A DNA stretch of 64,000 bases from Francisellaceae bacterium UBA6186. GTDB taxonomy: Bacteria; Pseudomonadota; Gammaproteobacteria; UBA6186; Azoamicaceae. The notes beneath the pieces were generated by a model. That model searched no databases. It saw only the letters and a list, made by a program, of their open reading frames with translations, and was not told the origin of the DNA. Each line of letters starts with the position of its first letter. The first letter of the stretch is position 1. A program made the translations under genes and the position numbers. The stretch is taken from NCBI GenBank assembly GCA_002422785.1, contig DITK01000053.1, positions 892 to 64,891 on the forward strand, in the 5' to 3' direction. Below, piece after piece: positions 38,226 through 48,353 of this stretch.

Positions 38226-39293
38226 ATGAAATACAGCAATACTACCACTGAAAACGATAATAAAATCAATGATTGGATACAATCTATTAGTTTAGATCTT
38301 CACTTGGGGGATAATTGGTCTATTCAACCAATGGTCGGAGACTGTAGTGTAAGAAAATACTATTTATTAAAAAATAACCAAATCAACCCATTAGCTACTG
38401 CCGCACAACAATTTGTCATTATGCAAACTCCTATTGATAACAGCATGAAAAATTTTATCAATATTGCAAAATTTTTAGCTAATTTAAATTTGCCGATTAC
38501 AATTCCCACAATTTATGCCATAAAATCTACCCCACCGGTTGGCTATTTGTTATTAAGCTATTTAGGAGAAAAGTTATTATTCAAAAATTTAAATCATAAC
38601 ACGGCCAGAACTATATACAAAACAGCGTGGCAAGCTATGGCCAGCATTCAATTAAACGCTAAAAACATAAGTTTACCAGTTATGGATCGTAGATATATAA
38701 AAAAAACATTATTATTATTTAAAACATGGTATTTAACCACTCATTTACATTTAACTAATTTATTTAATATAAATAGTTTATTAGATAATCTAGAAGATTA
38801 CTTTGTTAAAATTTTCGCCTCTCAGCCACAAGTATTTGTTCATGTTGATTACCATTCAAAAAATTTACTTTTACCAATAACCACTGATAAAAACATGATA
38901 GGAATTTTAGATTTTCAAGATGCCATGCTGGGACCAATAACTTACGATATAGTTTCATTATTGCAAGATGCTTATTTAGTTTGGCCAGAAGACCTAACAG
39001 AAACCATTTTATTTGATTACTACGATTATTTAGTGGAACATAACCCGCAATTTAATGTTACTAAAAATCAATTTGTAAGATATTTTTATTTAACCGGCCT
39101 GCAACGACATCTTAAAAATTTAGGTATATTTGCTAGAATGAAATATTTTTATAAAAAACCTGATTATTTACAATATATACCTAATTTATTGCATTATATC
39201 CATAAGACTTGTGATAAATTTCCAGACCCAGAGCTTGGCATGATAAAAAAATTATTAATAAACACTACTACTTGCCATACAACCGAAGCGTAA
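38226..39293 (+). CDS. amgK: Aminoglycoside-phosphotransferase-fold kinase, AmgK-like (anomeric MurNAc/GlcNAc kinase)
   Basis: GDCSVRKYY (family pattern GDAS.R.Y.R), HVDYHSKNLL (H.D.H..NL), ILDFQDA. Divergent from lptD and followed by murU, as in Pseudomonas. Confidence 0.65.
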   Translation: MKYSNTTTENDNKINDWIQSISLDLHLGDNWSIQPMVGDCSVRKYYLLKNNQINPLATAAQQFVIMQTPIDNSMKNFINIAKFLANLNLPITIPTIYAIKSTPPVGYLLLSYLGEKLLFKNLNHNTARTIYKTAWQAMASIQLNAKNISLPVMDRRYIKKTLLLFKTWYLTTHLHLTNLFNINSLLDNLEDYFVKIFASQPQVFVHVDYHSKNLLLPITTDKNMIGILDFQDAMLGPITYDIVSLLQDAYLVWPEDLTETILFDYYDYLVEHNPQFNVTKNQFVRYFYLTGLQRHLKNLGIFARMKYFYKKPDYLQYIPNLLHYIHKTCDKFPDPELGMIKKLLINTTTCHTTEA

Positions 39294-39295
39294 CC

Positions 39296-39967
39296 ATGAA
39301 AGCTATGATCTTGGCGGCTGGTATCGGTAAAAGAATGCTGCCATTAACTGATAAAATACCAAAACCATTAATTCAAGTTAATAAGAAATATCTAATCGAG
39401 TACTCCATATTGGCTTTAAAAAAAGCTGGAATTAATCAATTAATAATTAATGTACACCACTTGGGTTATCAAGTTAAATCAATGTTAGGTGATGGATCCA
39501 AATGGGGAGTCAGCATTAACTATTCAGAAGAATCTGATTTACTAGATACTGGCGGAGGCATAATCCAGGCAATTAATAACAATTTATTAGGCGAAAAACC
39601 ATTTGTGGTCGTAAGTTCCGATATTATTACTGATTTTGATTTTAACCTCTTGATTCCACAATTATCTAAACTTGCTCACCTAATTTTAGTACCTAATCCT
39701 AGTTTCAAATTAAACGGGGATTTTAATTTAGTAAATAATGAACTCCGATTACTTGATCATAATAACCCCGGATCAAATTATACCTATGCTAACATTGGAA
39801 TATTTGATCCAAGATTTTTCTTAAATCCAATCGATAAAATTGTGCCGTTAGTCAAATTTATTAATAGAGCAATAAACAATAACCAAATCACCGGTGAAGT
39901 TTATTATGGTTCCTGGAAAAATATTGGCAACTTATCAGATCTGCGATCTGTAAATGTTACTTCTTAA
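39296..39967 (+). CDS. murU: N-acetylmuramate alpha-1-phosphate uridylyltransferase MurU-like nucleotidyltransferase (track ORF starts at 39272)
   Basis: MKAMILAAGIGKRMLPLTDKIPKPL (G.G.R..PLT..PKPL), DTGGGI, WKNIGN. Confidence 0.7.
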   Translation: MKAMILAAGIGKRMLPLTDKIPKPLIQVNKKYLIEYSILALKKAGINQLIINVHHLGYQVKSMLGDGSKWGVSINYSEESDLLDTGGGIIQAINNNLLGEKPFVVVSSDIITDFDFNLLIPQLSKLAHLILVPNPSFKLNGDFNLVNNELRLLDHNNPGSNYTYANIGIFDPRFFLNPIDKIVPLVKFINRAINNNQITGEVYYGSWKNIGNLSDLRSVNVTS

Positions 39968-40305
39968 TATTTTAGTCTTAGCCTTGGGCTATCATAAGAA
40001 TCAGAACTAACGCTACTAAGTACATCATTATTATCAGAATTAATTATTTCGCTAGTTAAGCTAGTATCGGTACTAATGCTGTTATTACTGTATATTCTAG
40101 GTAAATATCCAAGATTGGAAGTATAGTTATAATTGTAATTAGTAAAAAATAACAATAATAAATCTTTTATCATACCACAATTACACTCAAAATTATCGGG
40201 TGGTAGCATAACTTCAGCAGAACAGAACTCAGCTAACCGATTGTTGTCAGAGTGAGGTTCTACGACCCTGACAACTTTTATATTTTTACTTAATTCATCT
40301 TCCAT
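39964..40305 (-). CDS. Hypothetical Ser/Asn-rich protein
   Basis: 113-aa ORF. The C-terminal half is low complexity (SNNSISTDTSLTSEIINSDNNDVLSSVSSDSYDS). No motif recognised, and it may not be expressed. Confidence 0.25.
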   Translation of the reverse strand: MEDELSKNIKVVRVVEPHSDNNRLAEFCSAEVMLPPDNFECNCGMIKDLLLLFFTNYNYNYTSNLGYLPRIYSNNSISTDTSLTSEIINSDNNDVLSSVSSDSYDSPRLRLKY

Positions 40306-40453
40306 ACTAACTTACTCTAAATAACAGCAATTGGCTGAAAATGGTATATTAACCATAAATTTCTGTCAAAATAACTTTTTATATTGCCTATAATATCTAA
40401 ATATGTCAGCATATATGATGATAAATTTAACATTGCACTTGTTTAACTAAATA

Positions 40454-41140
40454 ATGGAAACCACTAGTTTAAAATTAAAACCAATTCCCTCGACCATCCA
40501 AAGAGGAAGAATGTCTCACCAACAGCAACACGTTTTTGCAACGGAGCTAGATAATTATTGTATTGATTTTAATAATATAAAAAAATTAACTAGCCTAGAG
40601 GCTAACCTTATATTTAACAACTATTCTAGACTAATCATTGACATAGGCTTTGGTAATGGCGATCAATTATTGCAATTATCCGAACAGCTGCCATCTTATA
40701 ATTTCATCGGAATAGAATTATATAAAAAAGGCATAGCTACTTTAATCAAGAATATTAAACATAAAAATATTAAAAATATCAAAATTATTTATGGGGATGC
40801 TAAAGAATTATTAAAAAATTTTGATAATCAACTAATATTTAAAGTACAAATTTTTTTTCCAGACCCATGGCCAAAATTAAGGCACCATAAGCGTCGGTTA
40901 ATTAACCAGGATTTGTTAAATATTATTAAACATAAACTACTACCAAATGGGATATTACATATTGTAACTGATTCCGATAACTACTCTAAGCATATTATTC
41001 AACTGATGCAAAGATTCCCGGAATTTAACCACTTACAACAACATAATATACAGCGCCCAACAACCAAATTTGAAAAAACAGGCCTATCACTAGGAAATAA
41101 TATCTCCGATATGGTTTTTGTATTACAATCGAGTATATAG
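40454..41140 (+). CDS. trmB: tRNA (guanine46-N7)-methyltransferase
   Basis: IIDIGFGNGDQL, GIELYKKG, IFFPDPWPKLRHHKRRL, LHIVTDSDNY. Confidence 0.88.
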   Translation: METTSLKLKPIPSTIQRGRMSHQQQHVFATELDNYCIDFNNIKKLTSLEANLIFNNYSRLIIDIGFGNGDQLLQLSEQLPSYNFIGIELYKKGIATLIKNIKHKNIKNIKIIYGDAKELLKNFDNQLIFKVQIFFPDPWPKLRHHKRRLINQDLLNIIKHKLLPNGILHIVTDSDNYSKHIIQLMQRFPEFNHLQQHNIQRPTTKFEKTGLSLGNNISDMVFVLQSSI

Positions 41141-41179
41141 AAAAATAAATATAAGGGTTGAACATTGTTAGAACAATCA

Positions 41180-43012
41180 ATGAATTTAAATATCAACATT
41201 ATATTATCCCTCATTATTTTAATATTTACAGCATTTTTGTTTTTTTCTAGTATTTTAAGAACAGATGTGGTCGCTGTATTGATACTTGTGATTATCGGGA
41301 TCACTAAACTATTACCACCCGAACAACTTTTTTCTGGATTTTCCAGTCAAGCAGTCATATCTTTGATAGCTATCATGATTATGAGCTATGGTTTGGAAAA
41401 TTCTGGGATCAGCCTAGTGGTTGCCAAATGGTTGCTAAAAACAGGAAGAGAACATCCAAAAAAAATTAGCCTACTCTTAATGACATTATCTGGCTTATTA
41501 TCTGGATTTATGCGGAGTATTGGTACAGTAACCCTGTTATTACCAATAATAACAAAAATTTCAACAAGAACTGGCATCACAAAAAAATTTCTCCTGTTAC
41601 CTATGACTTTCTGTGCAATTTTAGGTGGATCTTTAACCATGGTTGGATCAACTTCGTTGATTATCTTAAACAGCTTGCTCGCCAATATTAATCAATTTGC
41701 TAATCTTGAACATAAAACTACTATCAAGCCTTTTTATTTATTTGAAGTATTACCAATAGGTGTTTTGCTATTATTCTCTGGGATTATTTATTTATATTTC
41801 ATTAGTAAAAAATTAAAATCTTCCGATAACCCAACTATAATTAGCGGCGCAACTAAAGCATACTTTCAAAAAACTTATTCTAAAGGAACAGATATTTACG
41901 AACTAAAGCTAACCAATAAAAGCCTAGTTGCTAATTCAACATTAAGGCAGTTAGAACAAATGCTACCAAATAGCATCTCTATTTTAGCGATTTGCCAAGA
42001 TCAAGAATATTTTTTCCCACCGCTAAGAAAAACTTTAATTAAGCCAAATGCCGTGCTTGCAATTATGGGAGATGCGGAAACTATCAAACAATTTGCTAAA
42101 GAGCATGATTTGAAAATATTACATAAATTAGATATTTTCGCAGAAATTTTACACCCAACTAAAGCGGGTTTATGCGAAGCGGTTATTCCACCCAGTTCAC
42201 AATTAATCGGCAAAGAAGCAAAAGAATTACATATGAAAAGAGCATATAAATTGCATGTATTAGCATTATTCCGCGACAGCAATGTTTATAGCGGCGAAGA
42301 ATTAAATGCCCTTATCCTGCGCAGCGGTGATACTTTGGGAATGTTTAGCAATTGGGAAGCATTAAATGAATTCAAAAAAAATTCTGATTTTTTTGTATTA
42401 ACTACTTCTTATCCATTAGATAAATTTTATCCTAAAAAAATGCCTTTTGCCTTAGGTTTTTTTTTCTTATCTATTTTTTTAGTAATTTCCAATTGGTTGC
42501 CAATTTCAGTAGGATTATTAATTGGTGCAGTTGGGATGATAGCAACTGGCGTATTATCTATTGATCAAGCATACAGTGCTGTTAGTTGGAAAACTATTTT
42601 TTTAATAGCAGGCTTAATGCCGTTAGGATTGGTGCTAGAAACTACGGGAACTACAGAATGGCTGATTGCTATTATAACTCAAAATAATATCATTACCTCT
42701 CCACTTATAATGCAAATTGCTTTAATAATTGTATCTGGCGGCTTAGCTTTAGTTATATCTAATGTAGGTGCTACAATATTTTTAGTACCCATCGCACTAG
42801 AGCTTGCTAATACTGTTGGAGCCGATCCTAGGATTTTTGCTTTAACCGTAGCATTATCCACTGCTAATACTTTTATATTCCCTACCCACCAAGTAAATGC
42901 TTTGATTGCAGGACCTGGTGGTTATTCTGCCAATGATTTTATGAAAATTGGTGGCTGGATGAGTCTTATTTTTGTAGTAACTATATTTGTTGGCTTAAAT
43001 TTATTTTTTTAA
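41180..43012 (+). CDS. SLC13/DASS-type permease with two central TrkA-C (RCK_C) domains (track ORF starts at TTG 41165)
   Basis: Two multi-TM halves flank two soluble repeats (YELKLTNKSLVANSTLRQL... and CEAVIPPSSQLIGKEAKEL...). Confidence 0.7.
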   Translation: MNLNINIILSLIILIFTAFLFFSSILRTDVVAVLILVIIGITKLLPPEQLFSGFSSQAVISLIAIMIMSYGLENSGISLVVAKWLLKTGREHPKKISLLLMTLSGLLSGFMRSIGTVTLLLPIITKISTRTGITKKFLLLPMTFCAILGGSLTMVGSTSLIILNSLLANINQFANLEHKTTIKPFYLFEVLPIGVLLLFSGIIYLYFISKKLKSSDNPTIISGATKAYFQKTYSKGTDIYELKLTNKSLVANSTLRQLEQMLPNSISILAICQDQEYFFPPLRKTLIKPNAVLAIMGDAETIKQFAKEHDLKILHKLDIFAEILHPTKAGLCEAVIPPSSQLIGKEAKELHMKRAYKLHVLALFRDSNVYSGEELNALILRSGDTLGMFSNWEALNEFKKNSDFFVLTTSYPLDKFYPKKMPFALGFFFLSIFLVISNWLPISVGLLIGAVGMIATGVLSIDQAYSAVSWKTIFLIAGLMPLGLVLETTGTTEWLIAIITQNNIITSPLIMQIALIIVSGGLALVISNVGATIFLVPIALELANTVGADPRIFALTVALSTANTFIFPTHQVNALIAGPGGYSANDFMKIGGWMSLIFVVTIFVGLNLFF

Positions 43013-43033
43013 AATATAAAATGGGTATAACAC

Positions 43034-43693
43034 ATGCACGATTTAAACTTAATACAATCTATTGCCATTTGGACTTTGCCGGTATTACTAGCTATTATCG
43101 TACACGAAGTGGCACACGGATATGTCGCAAATTTACTTGGAGATCAAACCGCACTGATGCTAGGCAGGCTAACATTAAATCCTCTAAAACATATTGATCC
43201 CATAGGTACCATAATCATGCCATTAATCTGCATACTGGCAGGTAGTTTTATTTTTGGCTGGGCAAAACCAGTTCCGATAAATTCTAGAAATTTCAAAAAT
43301 TTCCGTAAAGATACTGCAATGGTTGCAATCGCCGGGCCTATGTCCAACTTGTTTATGGCAATTATATGGGCTGTATTTGTTAAAAGTATAATATTATTTA
43401 TACCTAATACTCTGATGCCTATAGCTAGATTGTTTTTAATCCATATGGGGTATGCTGGAATTACTATAAATATTTTATTATTGGTGTTAAATTTAATTCC
43501 TATTCCACCACTAGATGGCAGCCGAGTTGTGGCAAGCTTATTACCACAGAATATGGCCGATATTTATGGCAAGATTGAGCAATATGGATTTATTATTTTA
43601 ATCATTTTAATGTACACCAATGTACTATCTAGAGTTATAGTGCCACCACTTAATTGGATCCAAAACAATATTTTTGATTTTTTGTCAATATAA
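43034..43693 (+). CDS. Site-2 protease family (peptidase M50) membrane metalloprotease
   Basis: HEVAHG zinc motif in TM1 and LNLIPIPPLDGSRV (N..P...LDG) motif. Confidence 0.8.
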   Translation: MHDLNLIQSIAIWTLPVLLAIIVHEVAHGYVANLLGDQTALMLGRLTLNPLKHIDPIGTIIMPLICILAGSFIFGWAKPVPINSRNFKNFRKDTAMVAIAGPMSNLFMAIIWAVFVKSIILFIPNTLMPIARLFLIHMGYAGITINILLLVLNLIPIPPLDGSRVVASLLPQNMADIYGKIEQYGFIILIILMYTNVLSRVIVPPLNWIQNNIFDFLSI

Positions 43694-43714
43694 TATATTT
43701 AACTTATTCTGGTA

Positions 43715-44443
43715 TTACAATTGATCTTGATCTGCAAAAGCAACCGCACCCCACCCATGATCATGAGATAAACTTATATCAATTGTAGTTAATCTATGAT
43801 CTTTAATACATACTATTGGTGGACCATGGCGTGTAGCATTATTAACAATAATATTTGGTCTAATTATTTCTATCTGTTGATCCAACCCACAAGATATAAG
43901 AAATTGTGTAGCATGCCATCTAGTACTACATGATTCTTTAATATGATCTTCTGAATCGATAGCAAAAATACTGTATTGAATTTTATCCCAAGCAGTAAAT
44001 ATTTTATTATTACTTAATAATACTGCAACAGCATGCACTGTGTATTTATCGAATTGCCATTTAATTGCAACTGTTTTATTTTTATAACTGACAAACCCTG
44101 TAATAGGCTTGTTATAATTATTAAATTTAATAACTGCAACATCTATATCAAATGTTATGTCAAATTTACTATGAGAAAATATTAATTCAGGATTTTTTTT
44201 TTGACATGCTTTAAAGCTAGCTTCTTTAGCTGCCCAAATAGCCCACATTATATTTGATTTATGCTTAGGGCTGGTAACAAGTTCTATAATATTTTGTTCT
44301 GATTTAGTAAATACTCGCTTTACAAATCTTTGATCTAAATATTTAGATTTAGCTCTTGCGGTAGATAGATTTACAATATCGTTACCTAAGCTTGATTCTA
44401 TTGGTGACATAATTAAATTTTCCAAAATTAAATTAATAGACAT
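43715..44443 (-). CDS. 4'-phosphopantetheinyl transferase, Sfp/EntD-type
   Basis: About 240 aa with two pseudo-repeats. WAAKEASFKA (W..KEa..Ka) and ISLSHDHGWGAVAFA (iS.SH......a.a) motifs. Confidence 0.65.
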   Translation of the reverse strand: MSINLILENLIMSPIESSLGNDIVNLSTARAKSKYLDQRFVKRVFTKSEQNIIELVTSPKHKSNIMWAIWAAKEASFKACQKKNPELIFSHSKFDITFDIDVAVIKFNNYNKPITGFVSYKNKTVAIKWQFDKYTVHAVAVLLSNNKIFTAWDKIQYSIFAIDSEDHIKESCSTRWHATQFLISCGLDQQIEIIRPNIIVNNATRHGPPIVCIKDHRLTTIDISLSHDHGWGAVAFADQDQL

Positions 44444-44506
44444 AATTATATTATCTAGTATAAAATGGCTTTATACTATTTTTTGTGTCAATTTAGGGAT
44501 AATTAT

Positions 44507-45883
44507 ATGATGTTAAATATTCCAAATAAAGATTTTAACAACATGCAACCTTTGCATAAAGAACAAAAAGAAGCAATAGCATTATTATCTATAGGTACAT
44601 TTTTAGAACACTTCGATTTATTGTTATATATTCATATGATACCTATATTAAATGAAGTATTTTTCCCAAAAATAGATCCCAAGTTTGCAACTTTATTGTC
44701 AGGATTAGTATTTTGTTCCACTTATATTTGCAGACCATTTGGAGCTCTTATTTTTGGGTATTTGGGCGATAATTTTGGTCGCAAAATTCCTGTGGTTATA
44801 ACAACTTTTATAATGGCATTATCGTGTATTACTATTGCCAATCTTAAATCTTATGCTGAAATAGGTATTGCGGCAACTTGGATTGTAACTATGTGTAGAC
44901 TTGGGCAGGGTATATCTTCCCTCGGAGAAATAGTTGGTGCTGAAATTTATCTTACGGAAAGTATTAAGCCGCCTCAACAATATTTTGCAGTTTCTTTAAT
45001 GGCTTTTTCCGCAGCAAGTGGGTGTGCTGCGGCTCTTGGTATAGCCTCTTTGGTTACGTCGTTTGGCTTTAATTGGCGTATGGGATTTTGGTTTGGTGCT
45101 TGTATTGCTCTAGTAGGGGTTATTGCTAGAACAACACTAAAAGAAACAAAAGATTTTGCTGATGCCAAATTTAGAATAAAAAATCAATTAGAAAAAAATA
45201 ATATTTCAATAAATATCATAAAAAACAATCCCGTAGTTAAAGAAAAAATAAATAAAACCATAATTTTAGCTTACTCTTTAATACACTGCGGATGGCCTTT
45301 ATGCTTTTATTTAGGCTACATACATTGTGCTAGTATATTAAAAAATTCTTTTGGGTATACTTCTGAACAAGTAATTCATCATAATTTTATGTTATCAATA
45401 GTGCAGTTATTTGGATTTTTCTTTTTAAGAATATATTTAAGCCGTAAAATGGAACCATTAAAGATCCTTAAAATAATTTTGTCAATTTTTTCTGGATTTA
45501 TATTGTTTTTACCATATCTATTAAATAATTGCAGCAATCCTATGTTTTTGTTTATAATTCAATCATTTATAATAATTTTTGCTATCGACATGGCCCCTGG
45601 GACGTCAATTTTTTATTCTTACTTTCCAATATTTAAACGCTTTACTTATGCTGGACTAGCATTTGGTATATCTAGAGCGATAATAAATGTAGCAATTACT
45701 TTCGGTTGTATCTTTTTTACCGAAAAATGGGGATATTACGCACTCATGATAGTTATAATTCCAATTCTAATCGGCTACACATTTGCAATATATTATTTTG
45801 ATGATTTAAATAAGGCAATCGAAAATTATCATAAGAAAAACAATAATATTGTTCCTCTAACAAATTTAACTGAAGCTGGATAG
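44507..45883 (+). CDS. MFS transporter, metabolite:H+ symporter (ProP-like) family
   Basis: GTFLEHFDLLLY (family pattern ..EWYDF.lY), GYLGDNFGRK, about 12 TM segments. Confidence 0.7.
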   Translation: MMLNIPNKDFNNMQPLHKEQKEAIALLSIGTFLEHFDLLLYIHMIPILNEVFFPKIDPKFATLLSGLVFCSTYICRPFGALIFGYLGDNFGRKIPVVITTFIMALSCITIANLKSYAEIGIAATWIVTMCRLGQGISSLGEIVGAEIYLTESIKPPQQYFAVSLMAFSAASGCAAALGIASLVTSFGFNWRMGFWFGACIALVGVIARTTLKETKDFADAKFRIKNQLEKNNISINIIKNNPVVKEKINKTIILAYSLIHCGWPLCFYLGYIHCASILKNSFGYTSEQVIHHNFMLSIVQLFGFFFLRIYLSRKMEPLKILKIILSIFSGFILFLPYLLNNCSNPMFLFIIQSFIIIFAIDMAPGTSIFYSYFPIFKRFTYAGLAFGISRAIINVAITFGCIFFTEKWGYYALMIVIIPILIGYTFAIYYFDDLNKAIENYHKKNNNIVPLTNLTEAG

Positions 45884-46496
45884 AAAAACAAAGACGACTT
45901 AACATATTTTCTATGTCTTTTAATTGACAGTAAGCCGCAACAGTTAAAAAACTTTTTAAAGTTTCTAATACGGTATGTTTAATTTTATCTATAGATTTAA
46001 CATTAATAGTATGCAAATTATGTAATCTATCGAACAACTTTATAATTAATCCATCTTTTTTTTGCTCTGCGTATAATTGTTCCAGTATTTCTGTAGATGT
46101 AATTTTTTTACCAAACCTTATTCTGGTTAAATCGTTAACCTTACTGGCAATCTCTGGATTAAAAATTAAACCGATCATATCCGACGTAAGCTCAGTATCT
46201 TCGATAGTATCGTGTAATATGCTAACAACCATAGCTTCTGTGCTAAATAAATAATTAGAAACAAGATAAGCTACTTCTAGTGGGTGAGAATAATATGGTT
46301 CACCAGATATTCTTTTTTGAGATCCATGATATTTTTTAGCATAATAGATTGCTTTCTTTACCTCTGTAAGATTTACTTGGTCGTTAATGCAGTTATTTTT
46401 ATTTAAAAATATAATTTTTGTTATTAATCTATTTGCATAATAACAACATTCAAATTTAGATTCCCAACAATTTAGATCATGCATATCAATCACCAA
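45753..46496 (-). CDS. Stand-alone HD-domain protein of the RelA/SpoT hydrolase type (small alarmone hydrolase-like)
   Basis: YAKKYHGSQKRISGEPYYSHPLEVAYLV...SILHDTIEDT...VNDLTRI matches the (p)ppGpp hydrolase HD pattern (H.gQ.R.sGePY..HP..VA...LHD..EDT). No synthetase domain. The 3' end overlaps the MFS gene by 131 nt. Confidence 0.65.
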   Translation of the reverse strand: MVIDMHDLNCWESKFECCYYANRLITKIIFLNKNNCINDQVNLTEVKKAIYYAKKYHGSQKRISGEPYYSHPLEVAYLVSNYLFSTEAMVVSILHDTIEDTELTSDMIGLIFNPEIASKVNDLTRIRFGKKITSTEILEQLYAEQKKDGLIIKLFDRLHNLHTINVKSIDKIKHTVLETLKSFLTVAAYCQLKDIENMLSRLCFSIQLQLNLLEEQYYCFSYDNFRLPYLNHQNNILQMCSRLELEL

Positions 46497-46552
46497 CGGA
46501 ATGTTTTACTCTATTGTAAAAAAAACTTTGTTATCATATTCTATAGTATCTT

Positions 46553-47290
46553 ATGAATATTATAAAAATAAATAATTTTAATATTATGTGTGGCCACGAA
46601 AGAGCGATGAGAGAGCTGTACGCTTCTATATTTGATGAAAAAATTTATGATTTTTCAACTGCCAATCCAACACCAAATATAATAGATGCCGGTAGTAATA
46701 TAGGCATCGCAACCTTGTTTTTCAAAAACAAATATCCCGGCGCAAAAATTTTATGTTTCGAGCCAGATCCATATAATTTTCCAGTTTTACAAAAAAATAT
46801 AATTCTTAATAATTTAAATAATGTAACGACAATTGAAGCGGCTTTAGCTAAAAATACTGGATTTACATCATTTTACGGGGAAATAGATAGTTGTGCTGAC
46901 ACTAGGGGTAATTCTATTAGTAAACTTTGGGGCCAGCAAAGAACTACTACAAAAACGGCAACCGTTAAAGCAGTGCAATTATCTTCTTATATTAATCATG
47001 AAATTGATTTGCTAAAAATGGATATTGAAGGTGCGGAACAACAAGTTATAGAAGATATAACTAAAAAACTATTTTTAATAAAAACTTTAATTATAGAAGT
47101 ACATGAAGCACAAAAAGTTTATTTTGATAATAATTTACAAACTATTTGTAATATTTTACAAAATAATAATTTCAATATAACCATAGAACCTTCTGATTAT
47201 TTGCAAAACCCAACTAAAAATACCATTGAGAAGTGGGTAGAAAAAGTAAAACCCAAATTAACCGTAATTAAAGCTATCAAAATATACTAA
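46553..47290 (+). CDS. FkbM-family SAM-dependent methyltransferase
   Basis: IIDAGSNIGIATLFF...KILCFEPDPYNFPVLQKNI..NNLNNV (iDvGAn.G....f...v.afEP.p..f..L..N) and LLKMDIEGAE. Confidence 0.7.
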   Translation: MNIIKINNFNIMCGHERAMRELYASIFDEKIYDFSTANPTPNIIDAGSNIGIATLFFKNKYPGAKILCFEPDPYNFPVLQKNIILNNLNNVTTIEAALAKNTGFTSFYGEIDSCADTRGNSISKLWGQQRTTTKTATVKAVQLSSYINHEIDLLKMDIEGAEQQVIEDITKKLFLIKTLIIEVHEAQKVYFDNNLQTICNILQNNNFNITIEPSDYLQNPTKNTIEKWVEKVKPKLTVIKAIKIY

Positions 47291-47311
47291 TCAAAGTTTA
47301 TAACATCTTGG

Positions 47312-47339
47312 TTGACTAATAAAAAATATTTAGTATAGT
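47312..47339 (+). promoter_or_regulatory. Candidate sigma70 promoter upstream of the GHMP-kinase gene
   Basis: TTGACT (47312-47317), 16-nt spacer, TATAGT (47334-47339). GGAG lies about 8 nt upstream of ATG 47375. Confidence 0.4.
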
Positions 47340-47374
47340 GTGCACAATTGGATTGTTTTCTAATGGAGTAGTAT

Positions 47375-48250
47375 ATGGGCACATTTGGTTTTTCGTATGG
47401 GGCGTTTGGAGAATTATTACAAGGAGTATTACCAAATGATAGGCATTTTTTAGTTACTTTACCTATTAATATAAAATCTAAGGCTTACTTTAATCATCAG
47501 CCTAGCAAAAAGTTTATTGTTTATCCTGATTGTAAAGAAAAAATAAAAATTTTTATTAATTTATTTTGTAATTATTATGGTATTTCTTCTGGTGGGTATT
47601 TATCTATAGATAGCGAAATCCCAATCGGCAAAGGTTTGTCTAGCTCTACAGCAGATTTAATTGCAGCTTTCCGTGCTTTATCCAAAGCATTTAACATTAA
47701 TTATTCTCCCGAATGTGTAGAAAAATTAATGCGTCAAATTGAACCTTCTGACGGATTATTATACGATGGCGTTGTTGCTTATTATCATAAAGAAGTTTCT
47801 TTGTTGCAAAAATTTAATTATTATCCTGATTTAATTATTCTTGGTGTAGACGAAGGAGGTAAGGTTGATACCATAGAATACAATCGAGTTAAACAAAATC
47901 CATCTATAGAAGAAAAAAATGAATTTAAACAATTATTATCTCAATTTATTCAAGCAATAACAAAAAAAGATTTAAAAACTATTGGCAGTATAGCTACTCG
48001 TAGTACCGAATTAAACCAAAAATATAACTATAAACCATCGTTTAATAATATATTAGAAATTAATTATGCAATTAATGGTTTAGGCTTAATATGTGCTCAT
48101 AGCGGTACCTATGTTGGAATTTTATTAAATAAATTAGATATAGATTTAAATGCGAAAATCAATTATTGTCAGCAAGTATGTAGTAAATTAAATAAAAAAA
48201 TGGAATTATTTCATACCGTAGAAGAAGTAAGTTATGCAGCAATGTGTTAA
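47375..48250 (+). CDS. GHMP-family kinase, PduX (L-threonine kinase)-like
   Basis: N-terminus GAFGELLQG... (PduX-type G.cGE..QG). GHMP motif II PIGKGLSSSTADLIA. Confidence 0.7.
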   Translation: MGTFGFSYGAFGELLQGVLPNDRHFLVTLPINIKSKAYFNHQPSKKFIVYPDCKEKIKIFINLFCNYYGISSGGYLSIDSEIPIGKGLSSSTADLIAAFRALSKAFNINYSPECVEKLMRQIEPSDGLLYDGVVAYYHKEVSLLQKFNYYPDLIILGVDEGGKVDTIEYNRVKQNPSIEEKNEFKQLLSQFIQAITKKDLKTIGSIATRSTELNQKYNYKPSFNNILEINYAINGLGLICAHSGTYVGILLNKLDIDLNAKINYCQQVCSKLNKKMELFHTVEEVSYAAMC

Positions 48251-48353
48251 ATATTTAGCAAAGAAACTATCTGAATCAGAGACTTTCTGGTTAAAAAAAT
48301 TTGAGATGAAATTTGGTAATTATAGAATTTATAATGATATAAGGAATAAAAGT

